This document shows, one piece after another, positions 50,201 to 63,859 of a DNA stretch of 64,000 nt. Each line of letters opens with the position of its first letter. Positions within the stretch are counted from its first letter, which is position 1. The notes beneath the pieces were generated by a model. It was not told the DNA's origin. It searched no databases and saw only the letters and a list, made by a program, of their open reading frames with translations. The stretch covers positions 13,518,001 to 13,582,000 of the forward strand of contig NW_024704742.1 of NCBI RefSeq assembly GCF_018977255.1. The letters are read 5' to 3'. The translations under genes and the position numbers were made by a program. The DNA is from Callorhinchus milii. Lineage: Eukaryota.

Positions 50201-50364
50201 CTTACATTCTTTTTCTTTTTGGCTTCATTAAAATTAACACATAGCAGTAGAAAGTCAAAGAATGACATTAACATTTGTGTCGGGGGAAATTATTTCCACC
50301 AGTTACTGGTGAGTCAGTAACCAGAGGTCTTCAAGTTTAGGATTATTTCAAATTTATGCCTCAG

Positions 50365-50680
50365 CCTGGTACACGGGTAGCACTCTCACCTCTGAATCAG
50401 AAGACTGTGGGTACAAGCTACATGTCATAATTTGGAATCATAGACTAAAATGACATTCCAATGCAGTGCTGGGGGTGTGCCCATCCTTTGATGTTAAACT
50501 GTCCTGGCCTACAATCCCCCAAATAGTATTGGTCACTCAATCCATGGCTGTTATTACTGTGTGCAATTGGCTGAGGTTTGCCCACAAAATACAGTTAATC
50601 CACTTTATAGTATATCCTGTGAGGAGCTTTGAGGTGTCTCAACAATGTGGTAAAATGCTATATCAAATGCATTATTATTG
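50365..50680 (+). mobile_element. Older Deu-type SINE with a different tRNA head
   Basis: ggtagcactctcacctctgaatcagaagactgtgggt head, ctgtgtgcaattggctg core, atcaaatgcattattatt tail. A related head occurs at ~51716-51910. Confidence 0.65.
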
Positions 50681-51274
50681 AAAAATAAGAGAGGTTAGGA
50701 GATTTTTTTTAAATGGAGGATTTTAATAGGTCATGGAACACACTGCTATAAATGATGCTTGAAACAAAACCCACAATAGCTTTTAAAAGGGATTTAGACA
50801 AACATTTGAAATGGAAATTTATAAAAGAGTATGGACAAGGAGTGTGACTATACCGACAGATCCTACAGTGAGTCAGCATAGGCCTGATAGGACGAATGGC
50901 CTTTTAAAAAATTATTTCATATGATTAGAAAAGTGTGCAACAATAATGCCTGTGCTCTTATCAGTTCATGAAATTATACCAAGCCTATACAATTGCTGTA
51001 TTGTATTTAGAGTAGTCAGCGTTGTCTACAGAGACTCAATGCAAAGTCCAGTTGATTGATAATAATTGAACTTTATTCTGGTTGCAGGATGTTGAAGTGC
51101 CCAACATGCTCTTTCAAAAATGGCTCCTTGGTTCTATTTGAAGTCAGGGGAAACATCGACTTCTCTTTTGAATGAAAAGTAATACTTTGTACTTTCCCAA
51201 AACAGACTTTAACCTATATTAACTTTCCTTATTTTATTTAGTTTCCAGAAACATTTCTAATCATTAATGTACAG

Positions 51275-51483
51275 TAATAATAATAATCCCTCCAAAACAA
51301 AAAACAATAATAAATTTGTCATTTTCAATCCACGACTGTTTGTGGGACACTGCTGTGTGCAATTGGCTGCCGCGTTTCACCCACAAACATATGGTCAATT
51401 CATTTTACAGTATATTCTGTGAAGGGCTTTGAGACATCTGGAAAACATGAAAAGCGTTATATCAAATGCAAGGATTATTATTA
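51275..51483 (+). mobile_element. SINE 3' half
   Basis: aataatccctccaaaac through atcaaatgcaaggattattatt. Confidence 0.85.
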
Positions 51484-54234
51484 TGAGTGATGATCACTTG
51501 TAAAATGTAGAAGATGGTGGCACTACTTATAACAAACTGTGCATGTTAGATCCCCTGATTATTCTCTCCCAGAGCATTCATGAAACATGCTTATGGGAAC
51601 TCCATTCCCAGAAAGAATGGGATTTAATTCCTACTTCCTTATCAAGGAATCCCATTGAAAATCCCATGGGTTTCACCTTGCATTGTATAAAATGCCTCTG
51701 CCAATCTGTGTGTTGGCTTGGCTCAGTAGTAGCACTTTTGCCTATGAGTAAAAAGGTTGTGGGTTCAAATCCCACATTGGGACTTCAATTTAGATAGTCT
51801 AAGTTGACACTCCAATGCAGTGCTGGCAGAGTGTTGCATTGTCGGAGGTGAAGACTAAAGTTAAAATGAGATCCTGTCTGCCTGTTCAGATGGAGGTTAA
51901 TGATCCATGGATGGCCTTGAAAGTAAAGACAAGGATCTTGAATTTGATTCTCTGAGGGATGGGGAGCCAGTGGAGTCGGGCGAGGGTGGGAGTGATGGGG
52001 TCATGGAGCCTGGTGCCACAGAGCCAAATAAGTCACTCATTTCATGGCTTTTGTACATTGCCTACAAATACACAGTTGCTCCATTTCAGTGATTCCTATG
52101 AAGTGATTTGAAAAGCCACTATATCAAATGCAAGCATGATTTATTATTATTTCTATCATTAGTGTGCTTTGGCAATAATGCCATTGTTATGGAAGAATTA
52201 AACAGAAAATAACTTACCAGATTCAGTTTGAGGATGGTTACAATGCTTCAAACAGTTATGAAATGCATATTTAAATTTGATGTCATGACTTATTAGTTAG
52301 CAATAAATGAATATGCATAAAAATAAAAAGTATATTCAGATGTTTAAATAGTAATTATGCTAATGGACACAATAAGATAAGCCCAACATTTATAAATTTG
52401 CTTATTGGCATCAATCCACCAATATTAGAATCTAGCAGAATCAAAGCTTTTCACTTAATGTCAATAAAAAAGCTATTATTTAACAGTGCCCCAGACATCT
52501 GCCTCTAATAAGCCACACAACATATTAACACCCTTAGGAAACCAAATACACAATTACCAGTGAAGCGTTCATTGAATGACATAAATCTTACATTATTTAA
52601 GTGACGTAATGAATGATACAGTCATCTTAGCTCATTTGGACACGAAAGCTATTTATATTGATAAGTGATGTACAGTCAGTAATCAATAAACATTTACAAA
52701 GCCTAATTTGAAATAAGTATTGGAGCAAAATTTTATTTATGGAATAAAATAGTTGTATGCAGTTCTCCAGTTTTGAGAACCACATACAACTCCATTGATT
52801 AGGAATTATATATTGTTATCTGGAGAACACAGTTGCCTATTACTTTACTGCATCTGGTCTGACCTAACTGATAGTTCTTGACTTCAAATTCATCTTTACC
52901 TCATAAAATCCATTTAATACACTTCTCTTTTCACACAAAGGTGCTATAACTTCATAACTAGTACCATCTTAGTTAGAAAATCAAAAACAGTATCTTTAAA
53001 AGATGGACAAACTTGGACTACAGTGCCCCATTGGAGCTTTGGTTCACAGCATTGAGGACCTGTATTTATCTCTAATTCTTAATGATGAACCAGCTATGCT
53101 GGTCAGCCATTGATAGCACCTTATATTACCAAATCTTCCTGGATTTTCCAAATGTCTCTCCTCTGAGCTAGTTCATTTCCTAGAGAAACATTATTTCTCA
53201 TCTCTCTTCCACAGATTTAGAGGTAAGGAGGAAAAGGCTCTTCAGTCCATTGATCTTTTACTTACCAAAGTACCTATGTTTTAGTATCCTTTAGTCTTCC
53301 AAATCCAATATCAAGCAGTTTCTTAAAGAACTCAAGTAATAAAATCCTCTGGAATGCAAGTTATCAACAACAACAATTTATATAGCACCTTTAACATCAG
53401 GAGGACATGAGGGATTGGGTCACACTCAAAAAGATTTATTTTAACAAGGGAGCTCCTCCTTTGTACATCCAGCTTCTCCAGACTTTCCTCTCACATTTGC
53501 AAGCCCCAGCTTTATACTTGTGCTCAATTATCCCTAAGGGCTAGTGCCCAATTATCACAAATGCCAAGCAAGTCTTATTGGAGTCCAGCCCTTGTTAGTT
53601 TCCTTTAACATAGGCTGATCACCAATAGCCATAAAAGTTGAGATCTCACACATCCATTTATTGGGCTATTTTCATTTAGAATTTATCATTTATTGGGCTA
53701 GTTTCACACAGATGTGCTTCCAGTGTGCTTTAATGAGTTTCCATTCATTAAAATCAGACCAATGTGTCTACAGTTGACAGGTAAGTTCTGTCATTCACTC
53801 CACAAATGTTTGGACTGAATTTGTCCTTTCCAGTGTTATTTGTAACCCTAATCATGTTGTCTCACAAATCTCCCAGTTGAATGGAAATCTTTAAAGCTGT
53901 TATCAGTAGATCTGGTATAATTTCCCAATACAATCTAATTTATTAGCATTCCCACCAGACCAGATATAGAAACCTCCAACACAAGGAAGAATTGTAAATT
54001 CCAATTTATTTTAGCCTCTGGAGTAATAGATGTTGTAATCTAGTTGCAATTAATTATCTATAAGATCCAGACACCTTCACAATATGGACATTAACCAAAT
54101 TAAAACTCTGTGATGCATGATGGATTTGTTTCCATCGCCTTGGAATGTCCTCCCAACGTGAAAGGCGCTATACAGATGTAATTTTGTTGTTGTTGTTGTT
54201 CATTGCCGAATGGGATGAATTACAACAATAGCAA

Positions 54235-54760
54235 AATTACTTTGTAAAGTGTCTTTCATGTCAGGAGGGACGTCCCAAGATCCTGAACAGTCTGGAATCA
54301 GGATCCGTGTATGGCGGCAGGGTTGGGATGAGGGAGGGCAGAGAGGTAGGAGAGCAGCTGAAGGCACGGTCGAAAAAGGAGGGTCTTGAGTCGTGTCTTG
54401 AAAGAGGCAAGGAAGGGACCAAGACGAAGGGGCTGCGGGATGGAGTTCCAAAGGGTGTGGGCAGAGAGGCTGAAAGCCTGAATGCCGATAGTAGGGTTGG
54501 TCGGGTGGGTGACATGTCGCAGGCTGGAGTGTGATGAATGGAGGGAGTGGACAGGTTGTCAGGGGTTTAGTAGGTCAGAGAGGCAGGAGGGGGCAAAGCC
54601 GTGGAGAGCCTTGAAAGTGAGGAAGAGGAGTTTGAATTCTATCCTCTGAGGGATGGAGAGCCAGTGGAGCCAGGTGAGGGTGGAGTTACGGAGCCTGGTG
54701 CGGGAGAGGACACAGGCTGCAGAGTTCTGGATGATCTGCAGCTTGTGGAGGGAATTAATC
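54235..54760 (-). mobile_element. L2 3' fragment
   Basis: ORF 54559..54843 has LHKLQIIQNSAACVLSRT and LHWLSIPQRIEFKLLFLTFKALHG; L2 3' end present. Confidence 0.87.
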
Positions 54761-54769
54761 AACAAGGAA

Positions 54770-57290
54770 CGGAAAGCAGAAGGCCAATCGGCCCATCGTG
54801 TCTGTGCCAGCTCTTTGAAAAGAGCTATCCAAATCAATCCCACTCCCCTGTTCTCTCCCCATAGCCCTACAAACTTGTCCTCTCCAAATAATTATCTACT
54901 ATTAAAAGTTGTTATTGAGTCGTCTTCCACCACCCTTTCAGGCAATGCATTCCAAATCCGAACAACTTGCTGTGTGAAAAAATTTCTCCTCACCTTCCCT
55001 CTGTTTCGTTTAACAACTATTTTAAATCAGTGTCCTTGGGTTACCGATCCACCCATCAGTGGAAATTGTTTCTCCTTGTTCACCCTATCAAATTCCGTTA
55101 TAATTTTGAAAACTTTTTATTAAGTCTCCTCTTAACCTTCTCTGCTCCAAGAAAAATAATCCTAGCTTCTCTAGCCTCTCCTGATAACTGAAGTCTCTCA
55201 TTCCTGGTACCATAATAATAATAATAATCCTTGCATTTGATATAGCACTTTTCACGTCGGGAGGATGTCCCAAAGCGCTTCACAGAACACACTGTAAAGT
55301 GAACTGACTGTATATTTGTGGGCAAACACGGCAGTCAATTGTGCACAGCAATGTCCCGCAAACAGTCGTAGATTGAAAATGACCAATTTTATTATTGTTT
55401 TTGGTTTTGGAGGGATTATTATTAGGCTCTGTGTGGAGTAAGGAAACTTGCCCAAGGTTTCGCCCTCTGCCTGGAATTGAACTCAGGTCTCTCGCTTGCA
55501 AAGCGCGTGCTCTAACCACTGAGCTACAGGACTCCACTATTACCATACTAGTAATAATGATAATAATAATAATCCTTGCATTTGATACAGTGCTTTTCAT
55601 GTCGGGAGGACGTCCCAAAGTGCTTCACAGAACACACTGTAAAGTGAATTGACTGTATATTTGTGGGTGAGCGCGGCAGCCAATTGCGCACAGCAATGTC
55701 CCACAAACAGTCACAGATTGAAAATGACCAATTTAATTATTGTTTTTGGTTTTTGGAGGGATTATTATTATTAGGCGTGTGGAGTAAGGAAACTTGCCCA
55801 AGGTTTCGCCCTGCCTGTAAATCTCCTTTGCATCTTCTCCAATGCCTTGATATCCTTCCTAAAGTGTGGAGCCCAGAACTGAACACAGTCTCTAGCTGAG
55901 GCCTAACCAGTGTTTTATAAAGGTTCATCATAACTTCCTGACTTTTGTATTCTATTCCCCTATTTATAAAGCCTAGTGTCCTGTATGCTTTTTTTTAACA
56001 GCTTTATCTACCTGTCCTGTCACCTTCAAAGATTTGCTTATATGAACCCCCAGGTCTCTCTGTTCCTTCACCCCCTTTAAGATTGTACCATCAGTTTATA
56101 TTGCCTCTCCTCATTCTTCCTCCAAAAATGCATCACTTTGCATTTCTCCACATTAAACTTCATCTGCCGCGCATTTCACCAGTCTGTCTATGTCCATTTG
56201 CAGTTTGCTACTATCCGCCTCACAGTTTACTACTTTTCCTAGCTTAGTATCATCTGCAAACTTGGAAATTGTACTCTCTGTACCCAAGTCCAGGTCTTTA
56301 TATAGATCAAAAACAGCAGTGGTCCCAATACTGACCGCTGGGGGACACCACTGCACACTTCCCTCCAGTCAGAAAAACAACTGTTCACCACCACTCTCTG
56401 CTTTCTGTCTCCCAGCCAGTTCTGTATCCATGCTGCCACTGTCCTTTTAATACCATGGGCTTCTGTTTTGTTTACAAGTCTCTTATTTGGCACTTTATCA
56501 AACGCTTTTTAAAAACATATAAACTACATCAACTGCACTACCTCATCCACCCTCTCTGTTACTTCATCAGAAGCTCTGTCAGGTTTGTTAGACATGATTT
56601 GCCTTTAACAAATCAGCGTTGGCTGTCCTTTATTAACTATATTTTTCACAGTGAAAATAGTGACCTATATATAGCCTCTAGAGGTTTCCCCACTACCGAA
56701 TGTTAGGCTGACTGACCTGTAGTTCCCGGATTTATCCTTCTGCCCCTTTTTGTTCAGGGGATTAACATTTGCAACCCTCCAGTTCTCTGGCACCACCCCG
56801 GTGTCCAAGGAGGTTTGAAAAATTGTGGCCATAGCCTCCATTATTTCCACCCTTACTTTCCTCAGTAGCATCGTGTCCGGACCAGGTGTCTAATCTACCT
56901 TGAACACTGACAACCTTTTTAGTACCTCCTCTTGGTTTATTCTTATTTTATCCAATTTCTTTAGCCTCTCCTTCAATACTGTGGCATTGGCTGCATCCTC
57001 CTCTTTTGTGAAGACAGATGCAAAGTACTCATTCAGTACGTCAGCCATGCCCTCTGCCTCCACAAGATTTCCTCTTTGGTCCCTAATTGGACCCAGCCTA
57101 CCTTTGACTAACCTTTTATTCTTCATATGCTTATAAAATATCTTAGGGTTCCCTTTTATGTTACCTGCTAATCTTTTCTCATATAATCTCTTTTCTGCTC
57201 TTATTTCCTTTTTCATTTCTCCTTTGTACTTTCTATATTCTATTTGATTATCTTCTGTATTTTTGATCTGACATTTATCATAAGCCTCCA
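54770..57290 (-). mobile_element. CR1 LINE 3' part (same family as 1910-4312 and 17633-19270) holding two tandem young SINEs (55212-55536 and 55552-55815)
   Basis: Motifs EKRLAGNIKGNPKIFYKH, PENWRVANV and [10 protein letters not shown]; two head-to-tail SINEs on the minus strand. Confidence 0.92.
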
Positions 57291-57722
57291 CCTTCAGCTG
57301 ACAATGGCAGGAGTTTGATATGCACATCTGAAGGGCTGACGCTCGTACAGCAGGCCTGATGGAGTGCTTAGTTCCCTGGTGAGTTATCACAATGTATCCT
57401 GGAGGTCAGCAGGGAGGTGCATCTCTTCAATGGCCAAACTCTACTATAGTGAGCACCCTCATATTTTCTGCCGATTCTGAGGGAGTTTGTTTTTGTGAAG
57501 TTCGATTTTATGTCATCTTATTATCAGAAGACACTGACTAACAAACTAAAGCAAAGTTTCAGCTGATCTGCAAATTACTTTCCAGTATATGTGGCTCAAC
57601 TCTGTCCTGTTGTCTCTTTGGAAATTTTAAATTCCTTAAGGCTTAATTTTTTAATCTGTTCAGTTGTCAACGTGTAATCTTGTGATATAGGTTGATACTT
57701 TGATTTCTGGTAATTATTCAGG

Positions 57723-57985
57723 TAATAATAATAATAATAATAATCCTTGCATTTTGTATAGCGCTTTTCACGTCGGGAGGACGTCCCAAAGCACTTCACA
57801 GAACACACTGTAAAGTGAATTGACTATATTTGTGGGCGAACACGGCAGCCAATTGCGCACAGCAATGTCCCACAAACAGTCGTAGATTGAAAATGCCCAA
57901 TTTATTATTGTTTTGTTTTGGAGGGATTATTATTAGGCGTGTGGAGTAAGGAAACTTGCCCAAGGTTTCGCCCTGCCTGGAATTG
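57723..57985 (-). mobile_element. Young SINE, short variant, 5'-truncated
   Basis: Near-identical to 12525-12785. Confidence 0.9.
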
Positions 57986-58519
57986 AAGTTCGAAGGAAAT
58001 GATATTAAAAGGAACTCAATTTGTTTTTTATACATCCACCAAAGGCTATATCAAAACAAACATATTCTGTGCTTCAATTGAAGGTACCCATTTGAGAACA
58101 TTTAGCAAGCTCCATTTATAAAGCAAACAGAACCCATGATTTGAAAACAATTTTTAAAGGTTATTGTTTAGCAGGCCATTGGTGAAGCAGGAATGTTTAT
58201 ATTTGCTTAATCTGGCCATCATATAATGATTATAAGTTCAAACAGGTTAGAGGAAGAACAAATATGAGATGGAGAATGATATTTGATCCCACAAGATGAA
58301 GTTAATTGGAATCAAAAAGAGGGCATCAGTGATATCTGAAATGGGATACCCAAGCTACCTAAGCGATAAGAAGGAAGATAGGAAAATGCAATAAAAAAAA
58401 GATAGGATAATTGCATTTAGCTATTGTCAACCGTAGTTGGTGTCGGGAAGCAACATTACAATAGAATGGAGAAGGCACGTTGTTACATTATGATTGGCAG
58501 AAACATGCAATTGACCAAC

Positions 58520-58760
58520 AACAAGTTCTGGATTATCTGCAGCCTGTGGAGGGAGGTGTTGGGAAGGCCGACAAACATAGTTTGCATAGTCGAGCCTGGA
58601 GGTGATAAAGGCATGAACAGTGTTTCAGTGGCCTGAGGGGTGAGGTAGTGGTGAAGTTGGGCAATGTTATGGAGGTGAGGGAAGGCAGAGTGGGTCATGG
58701 CTTGGATGTGGGGATGAAAAGACAGTTGAGGGTCGAACAAGACACCAAGGTTCCTGACTG
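58520..58760 (-). mobile_element. L2 fragment
   Basis: ORF 58483..58740 reads FDPQLSFHPHIQAMTHSAFPHLHNIAQL. Confidence 0.8.
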
Positions 58761-58762
58761 GT

Positions 58763-59400
58763 GGTTTTCACTTCATTGGCAAAGTCATGCAACATGTAAA
58801 GTAATTGCTGGGAATTAAGCAGCGATTTCATATTCCACATCATCCACAGTCTATGAGTATTGTAGAGTGTGAATTGCTCCCTGAAAACAATACTTACAAA
58901 ATGGTGGAAAGCTTCAGTTGGTCATGGTGCTTATGAGTTTGCATTTCACCCCCTCACAAACTATTGGGTTTTCAACCCATGAATTAATGATTGGCTGCAT
59001 TCTTAAAATGCCTGAACATTTGTGGACAAATGGATTGTCAGCACCTGAAACTCAGGGTATAACACAAGAAAATGACATGTGCTCATTACTGTCTCATCTA
59101 CAAGAAGTTCCTAATTATGTTGCATATAATATTGCAGCATCCATAAGTCTAATAAGATGATTTTTGACCAAAATGTTTGTGAAGAACAGTGGGAAATTGA
59201 ACAAAAGGTGTGCTACTTAAAGTTCATAATTCAGTGGGTCAATTTGGTACTATATGTACTGGCCCCTTTTACTTTGTTAATCGAGTCAGTCCTGCAGTTT
59301 ATCAAATTTCTATTCCCACCTCATGTGGCAATCAAAAACTCTACTGGTATCATATTAGCAAACTGAAACTGTTTAAAGCAAAGGATCTTATGACTCAGTC
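58763..59400 (+). mobile_element. Decayed LTR-retroelement or retroviral integrase (core C-terminal half plus GPY/F tail)
   Basis: GFHFIGKVMQHVK*LLGIKQRFHIPHHPQSMSIVE, then VLMSLHFTPSQTIGFSTHELMIG and TGPFYFVNRVSPAVYQI...WYHISKLK, spread across frameshifts. Confidence 0.8.
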
Positions 59401-60559
59401 CTCACAAGTACCAACCAAAATGGTTCATCACAACTCATGAATCTGCTATGATTATCTCCCTTGTTGCCTCCTGTGCAGTGACTTCTCCTGGGACTTACCC
59501 TTTCCTCCAACAACCCTCCGACCCACAAAGCCGATCTTCACCTTCCATTTTAGCAGACAAGAACAATTTAGTCAGCTGTTTATTCCACAATAACAGCCAA
59601 TACCTGCACAGAGGACCTCAACACAAACATTGGCAACACATTCAGTGTGCGTTGGGTGTGGTGAAGCACAAGCATTGGGACAATCATTATCACCAAATGT
59701 TAAAAGGAGAAAGAAACACAATTGAATGGGTGATAGCAGTTAAACTGAAAACATTAGGGAACAAAACAGAACATGAATGGGGATATGGACCGGATTAGGA
59801 ATAGGGCCGGCTGATTTCTGTGTAAAAGAGACTTTGTTGCAAAGAAAGAACAAACATGGACTGATTAGGAGTGGTTTCAGTGAAACCACTGTTGTCATCT
59901 GGTGAGGGGTTGATGCAGGCACAGTAGCAGGGAGTCAGGCGGCCGTATGGCAGGTGAAGGGTGTGTCAGTGAAGGAGAGAGATAGCCACCATTTTATACA
60001 GGGACGGAGAGAGAAAAACTCCGAGATGTCTGTGTAAGTGACTCAGAGAGACAGAGACAAAACGATTGTCTGTTTAAAAGACTCAGAGATACAGAGAGGA
60101 GAGAGGAAGATACTGAGGCAAAGGAGAAGGAGGGCAGATCAACAACGTACACAAAGCGGTATATAGCTCAATAATCCCCCAGATAAAGTTGATAATTCAC
60201 TTCACAGCCGTTGGTGGGACCTTGCTGTATTCAAAATTGGCTGCCATGGTTGCCTACAAATAACAACAACAACTTACATTTATATAGCGCCCTTCATGCA
60301 GGGCAGCACCTCATAGCACTTAAACAACAACAGCAGATTACATTTGTACAGTGCCTTTCACACTGGGAGGAGCACTGGGTGAAAATACAAACTGCAACAG
60401 CAGTAACAACAACTTCCATTTATATGGTGAGCACCCTTTGCACATCTCAGAGCACTTAACAATGTTGTAGTCTAGCCAGGGGAAAGGGGGCATGATCAAA
60501 GCGATATCATCGTATGACAAGGGATTGAGGCAGTGAGTTCCAGAGGTATGGGGCGTAGT

Positions 60560-60830
60560 GGCTTACATTATTACATTCTGTTACATTCTTACACCATGTT
60601 TTGCATTCTGTTAGTGTTACGTTGTATTACATTCTGTTACAGTGTTATATTCTGTTACAGTGTTACATTCTGTTACAGTATTACAGTCTGTTACAGTGTT
60701 ACAGTCTGTTACATTCTGTTACAGTGTTGCATTGTGTTACAGCCTGGTACAGTCTGTTACAGGCTGCTACAGTCTGGTGCAGTCCGTTTCATTCCGTTAC
60801 AGTATTGCAGCATTACAGTGTTACGAATAG
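60560..60830. repeat. (TGTTACAG/TGTTACATTC)n tandem repeat
   Basis: Directly visible. Confidence 0.9.
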
Positions 60831-60848
60831 CATGTGCTCCAATGTTTT

Positions 60849-61060
60849 AAATAATAATAATAATAATCCTTGCATTTGATATAGCGCTTTTCACGTCTTC
60901 TAGACATCTCAAAGCGCTTCACAGAATATACTGTAAAGTGAATTGACTGTATATTTGTGGACGAAACGTGGCAGCCAATTGCGCACTGCAATGTCCACAA
61001 ACAGTCGTGGATTGAGTGACCAAATTATTATTTTATTTATATTTTTACTTGAGGGATTTT
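60849..61060 (-). mobile_element. SINE 3' half
   Basis: (AAT)n ccttgcatttgatatagcgcttttcacgtc plus core. Confidence 0.87.
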
Positions 61061-62544
61061 TTAAAATACGTTTAACTTGTCATCACTCAAAAGATGAAAA
61101 GTTCCGGCACTTGGCACACAAGTACATGGTAAGAGGGTAGTACATTCTCCACTCTTAATAGCTCTTCTGAACAATTATTAGAATATTGACAATTTTTGTT
61201 GAACTTTTGGCCCATTGTACTTGAAAGTATAACCTCTGGGACCTCAAACCTTCAAAGCAGATGTAAATAATGGACAAGGTCACTTGCCATGGTTTTCCTT
61301 TGGATAATTATCTCCAAGTAATTGTTCAAAATCCCCCTCCAGCAATCCTCCAGTCTCATCTCTAAGTAGTCCCATACCTTTGATTGTTCTACTTTAATTT
61401 GTTTATAAAAGACTTTACAATTATCCTTCCCATAAGAGGCCATGCTTTTTCATATTCCCTCTTAGACTTCTTAATCTTCATTTCTTCCTTTTGATTTCCA
61501 TGTGTGTTGTCAGATCCAGATTGCATTCATTGGAAGCTGGTCGGGTTGATATTCTGGAAGGATGAGATCAAATGGCCCAAAAGATCTATGAGGAGAAACT
61601 CATTCAAATATTCAAATTTTGGCAAATTCTTAAATACAGCCTTAATTTTGAACTATGGTGGCGAATCTGCTATGATTTTTCCCAAATAAGGTCCTGCCTG
61701 TTCAGGTGGACATTAAAGATCCCACAGCATGATAGAGAAGGGAGTGTATATGAGAGGAAGAGGTGACTTTAGGAGCATTGCAGTTCACAGCTGCATTATT
61801 TCTGGTATAAACACAGCATGTACAGTCTCTGCGGGCTTCTCCATGACATCCTTTCAATGCTCTCAAACTTTTCCCCAGGCAGTATAAATCTAGCTTTCCA
61901 TTCCATATCACTTTGGCATAAGCGCACATAGCATTACTCCTATGATTGAAATAATTCTTATGGGCAATACAATTAAAATGACACTTAAAGGGAAAACTGA
62001 AAAAATATTAGCAGACAGAGATTATTTGGCATATTAGAAATTGGGCTAAATTTTGTCCAACAAATTCTCAATTATGGAACAACTTTACTCACAAATATAG
62101 TCCTTGATGATCTTCACAAAATTTACTGACACAAAATTTATTTGACTGCTCATGACCTTGTTTTACGAAATGAGCCACTAGAAAATGTTTCAATATAGTG
62201 TAGCTGCATGCTTTATACAGTATCTTATAACTATAATGCCTCAGCAGCACAAAACAAAGGCCTCAGGATCTAAAGGCAACCTGAGCTTCCTTTCCGTTCT
62301 CGTGATCTGAACACAATGTCATATATTGATAGACCAGCAATGTGTGGTACAGGACAGTGCAGGTCACCATTGCACATTAAAAAGGGTCGAGACCATTTAT
62401 GCCTCTTTCCAACATACAATAAAAGACTTAATCATGTCAAACTTAGTGAATGGGGAACATTTTAATGTTTAATGCAAATGCAAAAATGCAAACGCAAGGA
62501 TTATTATTTATCACATCAAATGTTTGCTGGATATGGTGGAGGAT

Positions 62545-62992
62545 ATGGTCGAATTCAAGATCCTCATCCTCACCTACAAGGCCATTCACGGCCTTGCTCC
62601 CTCCTACCTCTCTGACCTACTATCCCCCTACTTACCTGCCCGTACACTCCGTTCCTCTGGCTCCGGTCTGCTCCACATCCCCCACCCCAACCGCCCTACC
62701 ATCGGTGGTCGGGCCTTCAGCCTCTCAGCCCCTAGGCTCTGGAACTCCATCCCCCAGTGCCTTCACCGCCTCCTCCCTTTCCTCCTTCAAGGCCGGTCTC
62801 AAGACCTTTCTCTTTGACCGTGCCTTCAGCTCCCCTCTCGACTCTCTACCCCCTCCTCGCTCCCTCCCTTTCCTCCCCTCACCCTGACCATTTCCCCCCT
62901 GCTCAGGTCCTGACCCAACTGTACAGCACCTTGGGACATCCTCCCGACGTGAAAAGCGCACTATAAATGGAATCTTGTTGCTGTTGTTGTTG
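62545..62992 (+). mobile_element. L2 3' fragment
   Basis: VEFKILILTYKAIHGLAPSYLSDLL...GGRAFSLSAPRLWNSIP; 3' end gggacatcctcccgacgtgaaaagcgc plus (TTG)n. Confidence 0.9.
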
Positions 62993-63419
62993 AGGTGGAT
63001 CCTGCCCCCTCCATTATACAACAACCCTTACCCTCATTGTACAACATTCATCAAAAAATGTAAAATTTAAATCATGCATAAAACTCTGAGCCGGTGTTTT
63101 AAGTGATGTTTTACAAAAATTGATAATTTTCGTGGTTATCAGTGATACGTCTCCTGAAGCAAACAACCAAAGTTGCCTTCAGCTTTTAAGCCTTAAGCGT
63201 TAGCCTTTGATCAGTCCTCACAGCTGCAGTTGTAAATCTTGACAGTTTTGTCTCTCCAGACATTGCAAACCATGTTATCACTGCTAACAATTTAGAGAAG
63301 CTGATCAAATTGCCGGAAGCCATCTGTTATGTTGTTGTGACATAACCTGTAGTCCATATTTCAGACAGCCCAGGAGCTCTGGTTATTGTACCTTATTGCA
63401 AGAGGCAGCAGACATTACT

Positions 63420-63650
63420 CATAATAATAATCCTTGCATTTCATATAATGCCTTGTCATGTCAAAACATTTCAAAGCACTTCACAGAGTTTTCTGTAAAG
63501 TGTACTGACTGTATATTTGTAGGTAAACACGGTAGCCAATTTGCACACAGTAATGACCAACAAGAAAGCAATCATAAAGTGAATGACTGATTGTTTTATC
63601 TGAGGATCGTTGACTAGGACATCGGGAGAAACCCCTTTCTCTTTTTGAAT
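63420..63650 (-). mobile_element. Older SINE retaining more of the Deu-like central domain
   Basis: SINE tail at 63420; the minus strand reads aaaagagaaaggggtttctcccgatgtcctagtcaa, resembling the recalled Deu-domain core. Confidence 0.65.
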
Positions 63651-63859
63651 TTACTCATCAGTTTCATCAGTGCATTCATCAGAATTCCCTCTAATTCCCT
63701 TGTGATGTGGTCAATGTTTCAATGCCCACCGCCCCCTTCCATGTTCTTTTATGAATGAGAGTGACTGTATGTTTTTATTCCTTTTGTGTTGTAAAATAGA
63801 TATAGAAGTTACCAACCACCTATAGTTATGTGCTAAAATGTACATTAGTTTCTAAATCA

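Noticed and set aside
52211..52250. Strong minus-strand donor CTG|GTAAGT suggesting a micro-exon
   Set aside because: The acceptor is weak, there is no recognisable peptide, and I found no partner exons.
55465..55536. tRNA-Ala-like sequence as a tRNA gene (also at 43, 20831, 32353 and 46560)
   Set aside because: Each runs straight into the SINE body and tail, so these are SINE heads.
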